Source of the DNA: Deltaproteobacteria bacterium
GTDB taxonomy: Bacteria > Myxococcota_A > UBA9160 > SMWR01
NCBI GenBank assembly: GCA_032128115.1
Contig: JAQBHB010000028.1
Span: forward strand, 1 to 18,790
Direction of reading: 5' to 3'
Length of the DNA stretch: 18,790 bases
Shown here: positions 16,478 through 18,790 of the stretch, piece after piece
Numbering within the stretch: the stretch's first letter is position 1
Layout: every line of letters begins with the position of its first letter
The notes under the pieces: model-generated
Databases searched by the model: none
The model's input: the letters and a program-made list of their open reading frames with translations, nothing else
Told to the model about the DNA's origin: nothing
Position numbers and translations under genes: made by a program

Positions 16478-17662
16478 TTAATCGAAGAACGGTGTGCTCT
16501 GGCGTTCGACGCACGCGGCCGCATACAAATACATTGCGGCCGACCAACTCTGCCAGTCACAACCCATCGGTTCACCGGTTTGCGCCTTGATCCACTCGTT
16601 GAAGCCCCACGTCAGGGACTCCCGCCGATGCAAGCTGACCACGTCCGTTAGCGCCAGTAGCTTCTGGCGCGCGAGGTCATAACGGCCTGCAGCCACGCAG
16701 GTCGCCACGTACAGTCCGCATATAAAGGGCCAGATCCCGCCGTTGTGGTATTCACCTGCCAGGTTGAAGTTCTCGTACCTTGGCCGCCAATCAGGATCGT
16801 CGCCGCGAATGTACGGCAGCAGACACGGCGGCAAATCGACGGCCAACTCGCCTTGCTCCCGCAGAGCAGCGCACTCGCTTTCTACCCAGCGGACAATGTT
16901 CTGGCGACGGCTCTCGGAAGCCAGCCCCGAGAGCGACGCGAGGCAGTTGCCCAGAAGATCGAATCGCTCATTATTGTGGACCTTGTACGAGTACATCGCG
17001 TAGTACGGTTTGGAGCGTACGACCAGCCCCTCGTGAATGTGGCGATTGCCAATGTCCCGCCGCACATCAAATCGATTCACCAGGGAGCGAAGCCTGTCGC
17101 CCTCGTCGGTTCGACTGTAGAGTCTGAGATAGGCATAGACCAAGCTGTTCACGTACAGGCCGTAGCCCAGTACCCAATGCTCGTCGCGCCAATCGCTGGT
17201 TGGAAGCTGACCTACCATCACCAGATCGTCCGGGCTTTGGTACTGCATCCAGGTCAACGCCTTCTGGGCCGCGCCGTCGAGAAAACCATCGTCGCCCGTC
17301 GCACGTCGGTACAATCCGACACCGATCAGGAACAACGGTGTCGTATCGCTGGAACCCAGGTTTTCAGGATCGTTGACTATCGACGGGATATGACCGTGCT
17401 GAGTCTGATTCTGGGCGAGAACGGTTAGCGTGCGGCCTAGAGTCTCGATGAGCTCCTCGTTACCGCTGACAAGAATCCCGAGGGCCGAAAGCATGAGGTC
17501 ACGCGTGTAGGGCTCCGGATAACCCCATCCGGCCGTGCGAGGCAGTCCGTCCACGGGTCCGTGCGCGTTGTGCAGCAGAACCTCGACGGCAGCCTGCTTC
17601 GCCTGCCGAACCGATTCCGGCAGGGGGTCGCCAGGCTTGCCATTCTTGGAGACAACTGTCAC
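16478..17662 (-). CDS. Six-hairpin glycoside hydrolase (GH100-like / amylo-alpha-1,6-glucosidase-type)
   Basis: YTRDL, DTTPLF, SDWRD, YHNGGIWP, FNEW and QSWSAAMY. Confidence 0.8.
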   Translation of the reverse strand: MTVVSKNGKPGDPLPESVRQAKQAAVEVLLHNAHGPVDGLPRTAGWGYPEPYTRDLMLSALGILVSGNEELIETLGRTLTVLAQNQTQHGHIPSIVNDPENLGSSDTTPLFLIGVGLYRRATGDDGFLDGAAQKALTWMQYQSPDDLVMVGQLPTSDWRDEHWVLGYGLYVNSLVYAYLRLYSRTDEGDRLRSLVNRFDVRRDIGNRHIHEGLVVRSKPYYAMYSYKVHNNERFDLLGNCLASLSGLASESRRQNIVRWVESECAALREQGELAVDLPPCLLPYIRGDDPDWRPRYENFNLAGEYHNGGIWPFICGLYVATCVAAGRYDLARQKLLALTDVVSLHRRESLTWGFNEWIKAQTGEPMGCDWQSWSAAMYLYAAACVERQSTPFFD

Positions 17663-17666
17663 TGGG

Positions 17667-18788
17667 CTACTCGATTCCCAATCGATCGGAGACGATCTCG
17701 GTGAAACGCCTGGCGACGGTTCGGTAGTCGAATCGCTCGACCACGCGTTTGCGCCCAGCCTTGCCCATACGTTCCCGCAGCTCGGCGTCCCGCATGAGCG
17801 CTAGTAAATAGGTGGCGATGTCATTGATGCTGGCGCGATAGTCAGACGTGCGCGGCTGGGGAAAGACGACCAGGGAATTCTTCTCGAATCCCTGATCCTC
17901 GCCAAGGACAGCCTCGCCGATCATGATTTCCTGCGACACGCCCGCAAGGAATGCCGTCTCACCATGAACCATGGTGTCACGAAAGCCCATCGCGTCGATG
18001 GCAATGACCGGCTTCTCGCACGCATTGGCCTCCACCTGGATCATTCCGAAACCCTCGAGGCGAGAGGGCGCCGCGTAGATGTCACAGGCCGCAAGCAGGT
18101 AAGGCATGATGTTGCGCGAATAGCGCCCGGTCGAGATGGTCACATTCTTGTCGATCCCTAGATGCGCCGCGAGCTGCAGGTCGAGGAGATTCTGCCGCTT
18201 TGTGCGGGGTTGCGGCCATACCTTACACACGTATTTCCAGTCGGGAGCCTCCGTGTCGATTTTCGCGAGCGCCTGCATCACTTCCTGGGCACCTTTGGAG
18301 GCGGCATCGCCACCGACGGTCAGAATCAGGATCTGGTCATCAGCCACGCCCAGCGTTTCTCGGACGGCGCGAACTTTCGGGTCGTCCCGGCCCCTTGGAA
18401 CGAAGCGCTCAGTTTCGAGACCGACCGGGAGCACCTCGATGATGCCAGGCCGTATGCCGTCGCGAACATAGGTATCCCTGACCCACGTCGAGGTCACCAA
18501 GATCAGCGGTAGATCATTGAGCACCTCCTGGTAGTTGGCGATATACCCATCGGCGACGAACCAGGGGATCGCGGTAGCGCCATATCGCTGAGGGTGTTGG
18601 ATCAGGTGCGGCGTGTGTCCCCAGTATCCAATACCGACCACGACATCCGGTTCAAACCAGCGGTAGTACCATTCCTTCTCCTGCGGCGCTTCGAAATGCA
18701 CTGCCTGGGCGTCTACGCCGAGATCGACGAGTCCGCGGAACAGCAGATCACCCTGAGTCGCGAGGCCACCCGGACTCGGGGGATAGTC
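17667..18788 (-). CDS. Glycosyltransferase family 4 (5'-partial)
   Basis: The frame is open to the window end (DYPPSPGGLATQGDLL). GT-B motifs are KGAQEV and DIYAAPSRLEGFGMIQVEANACEKPVI. Confidence 0.92.
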   Translation of the reverse strand, partial: DYPPSPGGLATQGDLLFRGLVDLGVDAQAVHFEAPQEKEWYYRWFEPDVVVGIGYWGHTPHLIQHPQRYGATAIPWFVADGYIANYQEVLNDLPLILVTSTWVRDTYVRDGIRPGIIEVLPVGLETERFVPRGRDDPKVRAVRETLGVADDQILILTVGGDAASKGAQEVMQALAKIDTEAPDWKYVCKVWPQPRTKRQNLLDLQLAAHLGIDKNVTISTGRYSRNIMPYLLAACDIYAAPSRLEGFGMIQVEANACEKPVIAIDAMGFRDTMVHGETAFLAGVSQEIMIGEAVLGEDQGFEKNSLVVFPQPRTSDYRASINDIATYLLALMRDAELRERMGKAGRKRVVERFDYRTVARRFTEIVSDRLGIE

Positions 18789-18790
18789 GT

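Noticed and set aside
16089..16481. 130-aa ORF as an intact transposase
   Set aside because: Only the first 40 aa are IS3-like, and most of the rest is antisense rpoZ.

Overview
High-GC bacterial window, probably Myxococcota/deltaproteobacterial (inferred from the PEP-CTERM protein, the tandem-PilZ protein and the long-class MCP). Bases 1-15930 are densely coding: a YyaL/SSP411 protein (5'-partial), a PEP-CTERM protein, a CHASE8-HAMP chemoreceptor, a SAM methyltransferase, a MORN-repeat protein, a cold-shock protein, a MaoC hydratase, a lipoprotein, a tandem PilZ protein, a CPBP protease, YqgE/AlgH, a degenerate-GGDEF/EAL protein and an HxlR-GST-MBL-SDR cluster. After about 15980 is a scar made of three broken pieces: the start of a Zn-ADH-like gene, the left end of an IS3-family element, and an rpoZ copy lacking its normal end. 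A visibly lower-GC GH100-like hydrolase and GT4 pair follows. Signals the ORF track missed are a 34-aa Lys/Arg-rich ORF behind a repeat-built GGA-rich leader, an orphan terminator suggesting a small RNA, and a shared sigma28-like promoter before the MCP and EAL genes. I cannot demonstrate a new system from sequence alone, so these are leads.
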